A stretch of DNA of 21,837 nt from Myxococcales bacterium. GTDB taxonomy: Bacteria > Myxococcota_A > Polyangia > Polyangiales > Polyangiaceae. The position numbers and the translations under genes are program-made. The notes beneath the pieces were generated by a model that saw only the letters and a list, made by a program, of their open reading frames with translations, was not told where the DNA came from and did not search any database. Location of the stretch: positions 1-21,837 of the forward strand of contig JAYTOU010000101.1 of NCBI GenBank assembly GCA_043747615.1. Reading direction: 5' to 3'. Below, piece by piece: positions 19,347 to 21,837 of this stretch. Position 1 is the stretch's first letter. Each line of letters opens with the position of its first letter.

Positions 19347-20054
19347 TCAACCGGGCACGATCGCCGCGCCGCCAGAAGTGAGCCGGGTAACGCCGGAAGG
19401 AGGAATGACGATGCGCCGGATCAAGCCCTCCGTCGCTCCCACGCTCGGACGCTGCGCAACCTCGATGGTGAGCGCACCCGTCATCGGAGTCGCGCCGTCG
19501 AGGAAGCTTGGCGCAGCCGTGGTCCCGGACACGAAGTACGTGCGGCCGAGGGGCGTGAAGCATAGATAAGCGGTGGTCACCGCGGCGATCGTCGCCCCGT
19601 CGTCGGTGTAGATGATTGCGGAGACTTTGTTGGTCGACTCGAACGCCCCGTTGAGATCGACCTGGGCAACGTCGAAGTACTGCGTCGGAGAGGCAACGGC
19701 CGTCCAGTTCGTCGGGGACTTGCACGCCGAGCGGGGAACCTGGTTCAGTCCACTGCCGTCGGGGTTGGGCTGGACGGACTCACGCACCATGAATTTGCCA
19801 CGGCCTGATGTGTCCATGGCGACTAGAACTGCCGCGCCGCGTCCGACGGCCCTCGCCTTTGCCGCACGAATGAGATCCGAGATCTGCGAGGTGTCTTGGT
19901 AGACCCGGCGATCGACCGCCGCCTGGCCCATCGAGGGGATGGCCATCACGGCGAGGATCCCTACGAGGATGACCACGACCATGAGCTCCATCAACGTGAA
20001 GCCGCGTGCTCCAATGTAGTCACGGTGATCGGCTGAATTCCGGAGCGCAGGCAT
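19347..20054 (-). CDS. fimU: FimU/FimT-like minor pilin
   Basis: 235 aa. ARG|FTLMELMVVVILVGILAVMAIPS, ISDLIRAAKARAV, CFTPLGR, terminal RIVIPPSGVTR. Confidence 0.8.
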   Translation of the reverse strand: MPALRNSADHRDYIGARGFTLMELMVVVILVGILAVMAIPSMGQAAVDRRVYQDTSQISDLIRAAKARAVGRGAAVLVAMDTSGRGKFMVRESVQPNPDGSGLNQVPRSACKSPTNWTAVASPTQYFDVAQVDLNGAFESTNKVSAIIYTDDGATIAAVTTAYLCFTPLGRTYFVSGTTAAPSFLDGATPMTGALTIEVAQRPSVGATEGLIRRIVIPPSGVTRLTSGGAAIVPG

Positions 20055-20066
20055 CGCACCCGACTG

Positions 20067-20082
20067 AGCAAGGGCTGTACCT
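20067..20082 (-). promoter_or_regulatory. Putative sigma54 promoter of the minor pilin operon
   Basis: The minus strand has AGGTACAGCCCTTGCT = GG-N10-GC with TTGCT. There are 13 nt between the GC and ATG 20054. Confidence 0.6.
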
Positions 20083-20105
20083 CGCGAAAGGTTCGAGGGA
20101 GCGCC

Positions 20106-20121
20106 GAATTCCGTGGAATTC
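20106..20121. promoter_or_regulatory. Palindrome, candidate regulator site
   Basis: GAATTCC-GT-GGAATTC is a perfect 7-bp inverted repeat in the divergent promoter region. Confidence 0.4.
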
Positions 20122-20207
20122 CAGGGGTCTCCCTTTCGCTTGCGTAGCAACGATTGCGAAGATGTGAAAAAGCTGCGGAGCGCGCGACCTATGTTAGAGC
20201 ACCTAGC

Positions 20208-21323
20208 ATGACCGCTGGACGAGCCGCTCTCACCCTCGCCGTTGCCATTTCGCTCTCTTCGATAAGCTGCAAAGACGACAAGCCTACCGACAAAGGCGCA
20301 CCTCCTCCTCCCCCCGTTGCCGCCGCAAACGCAGGGGCGTGCGCTTCGGGCGGCGGGCACGTTGGAGATCCGGTGAGCACCGAGTTTTTTCCGCGCTCCG
20401 TCTTGGCGTACTGCATCGACCCTCAAGGCGAGACGAAGACGTACGGCGAAAAGGGAAAGTTCACGATGGACGAGGTCTGCACGACCGCGTTCGACGGGGA
20501 GTGCGAGGTCTACAAACGCTTGGGCCTCAAGCGCGTCGTCGCGCTCCGCTACGTAGACGGCGGTGGTGGCGGCGGCAGCGTAGAAGTGAATCTGTCGACG
20601 TTCGCCGACGTCGGCGGCGGCTACGGCATGTTCACGAAGCGGGTGATCGCCGACGCCGATCCCGCGGATTCGCGCGCACCTCGGCCCATCACCGCAGGCG
20701 GCGCCGGCGCCATCGGCAGCGGTCGCGGTTACGTCTGGAAAGGCCCTTACCTCGCCGAGCTCACCTACATCAACGAGCAGGAAGCTCCCGACGCGCTCAT
20801 CAAGTCGAGCGAAGCGATCTTGACCGCCCTCGCCAAGTCGATGGGCGAGAAGCTTCCCGGTTCGAACGACAAACCTGCGTCTGCCAAGGCGCTCCCGGAC
20901 ACGAGTCTCATCGCGAACGGCGTCCAGTTCTACCCCAAGGATCCTCTCGGATTCACCGGCGCAGGAGCTGGCGCAGTCGGCTTTTACAAGGACGGCGCGA
21001 AGCGATTTCGCATGCTCTCGATCGTCCCCACGGATGCCGATCAAGCGAAGGACGCGATGAAGGCGATCCGTTCGCGTGCGGGTGCGCTTCCCGTTGCGCT
21101 CGTCGGCGATGAGGCCGTCCAGGTCATCGTCCAGGACACGCCCGATCGCCCGAAGAGCGAGTACGTCATCGCTCGGAAGGGGGCGAACGTACTCGGCATC
21201 GGCGACGAAGATCTCGTGCCAGCCTTTCGTCTTTCGAAAGAGGAGAAAGTAAGCCGCTTGCGCGCTTCGCTCGCCACCATGGGCACCACCGCCACGCCCG
21301 CCCTCGACGCCGGCAAAAAGTAG
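20208..21323 (+). CDS. Hypothetical lipoprotein (possibly DUF6599-like)
   Basis: Start MTAGRAALT..SISC (lipobox), Pro-rich linker, 371 aa. The FDGECEVYKRLG segment recalls DUF6599 lipoproteins; this is from memory and tentative. Confidence 0.7.
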   Translation: MTAGRAALTLAVAISLSSISCKDDKPTDKGAPPPPPVAAANAGACASGGGHVGDPVSTEFFPRSVLAYCIDPQGETKTYGEKGKFTMDEVCTTAFDGECEVYKRLGLKRVVALRYVDGGGGGGSVEVNLSTFADVGGGYGMFTKRVIADADPADSRAPRPITAGGAGAIGSGRGYVWKGPYLAELTYINEQEAPDALIKSSEAILTALAKSMGEKLPGSNDKPASAKALPDTSLIANGVQFYPKDPLGFTGAGAGAVGFYKDGAKRFRMLSIVPTDADQAKDAMKAIRSRAGALPVALVGDEAVQVIVQDTPDRPKSEYVIARKGANVLGIGDEDLVPAFRLSKEEKVSRLRASLATMGTTATPALDAGKK

Positions 21324-21329
21324 CCTCTC

Positions 21330-21394
21330 GGCGCTCATCGCCGCGCGGGCAGGGCGCTCATCGCCGCGCGGGCAGGGCGCTCATCGCCGCGCGG
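21330..21394. repeat. 23-bp tandem repeat, about 2.8 copies
   Basis: GGCGCTCATCGCCGCGCGGGCAG at 21330-52 and 21353-75, plus a 19-nt partial copy at 21376-94. The copies are identical and have no spacers. Confidence 0.95.
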
Positions 21395-21837
21395 CTAGGC
21401 TCGCGCGGAGGAAGGGCTCGGCGCTCGAAGCAATTGTCGGGGAGCGCGCTCGCTTTTCGCGAGAGTGCGCTTGCTGCGATGAAGCGCGTGGTCACCGGAT
21501 CGTGGTAGCCGCTCGCCGCGGGAAGATGTTCGTTGTCCAGACGGTGATAGCGAACGACGCGGTCCATCAAGAGATCGCGCACCCATTTTCCGACCAGCGA
21601 GGCCATGCCCACGAGGAGGTTGGTGGCGTCGGCGTCCCGCACGAACGCCATGCGCCCAAGCCCTGGAAATTGGTACTCGCTGCGCGCGCGACCTTCAGTC
21701 ACGACGGCGTGGAGGCGCCCGGAGAGCGGTCCGAAGTGAGCACTGTAGCGGTCGTAGCCGCCGACTTTTCCGCACGTGGCGCTGAGGTCTTCGTTTGAGG
21801 CTCCGCGCACGGTGAGGGCCAGGCGCTCCATTGTATG
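21358..21837 (-). CDS. RNase HII-like protein, C-terminal part (5' end outside the window)
   Basis: The frame is open to the window edge. DA...VGMASLVGKWVRD..M matches the RNase HII VAAASIxAKxxRD motif, followed by SGYHDPVTTRF. Confidence 0.6.
   Translation of the reverse strand, partial: HTMERLALTVRGASNEDLSATCGKVGGYDRYSAHFGPLSGRLHAVVTEGRARSEYQFPGLGRMAFVRDADATNLLVGMASLVGKWVRDLLMDRVVRYHRLDNEHLPAASGYHDPVTTRFIAASALSRKASALPDNCFERRALPPREPSRAAMSALPARR

Noticed and set aside
20055..21338. N-terminal extension of the FimU ORF; likewise the long versions of the pilV, pilW, pilX and 12189 ORFs
   Set aside because: These overlap neighbouring genes, and prepilin or lipoprotein signals define the shorter starts.
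21330..21394. Possible CRISPR array
   Set aside because: The repeats are directly adjacent with no spacers, and there are no cas genes.

Overview
GC-rich bacterial DNA whose gene content (Cys-rich lipoproteins, vWA-type PilY1, divergent RecA) suggests Myxococcota, possibly Polyangiaceae-like; the taxon is an inference. The left part holds housekeeping or metabolic genes: M18 aminopeptidase, uracil-DNA glycosylase, acyl-ACP thioesterase-like protein, Cys-rich lipoprotein and enoyl-CoA hydratase. Next comes a comM(yifB)-recA pair, a highly structured ~170-nt intergenic region and an atypical metallophosphoesterase. The right part is a tightly coupled minus-strand run: fimU-pilV-pilW-pilX-pilY1 (type IV minor pilins and tip adhesin), then two lipoproteins, a MOP-family flippase and a J-domain protein. 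A divergent lipoprotein and a partial RNase HII-like gene with a 23-bp tandem repeat close the window. The most notable signal is that comM and fimU each have a sigma54-type (-24/-12) motif exactly 13 nt before their ATG. This suggests a co-regulated DNA uptake/recombination (competence-like) module with a divergent RecA paralogue. No mobile elements, CRISPR arrays, tRNA or rRNA genes were seen.
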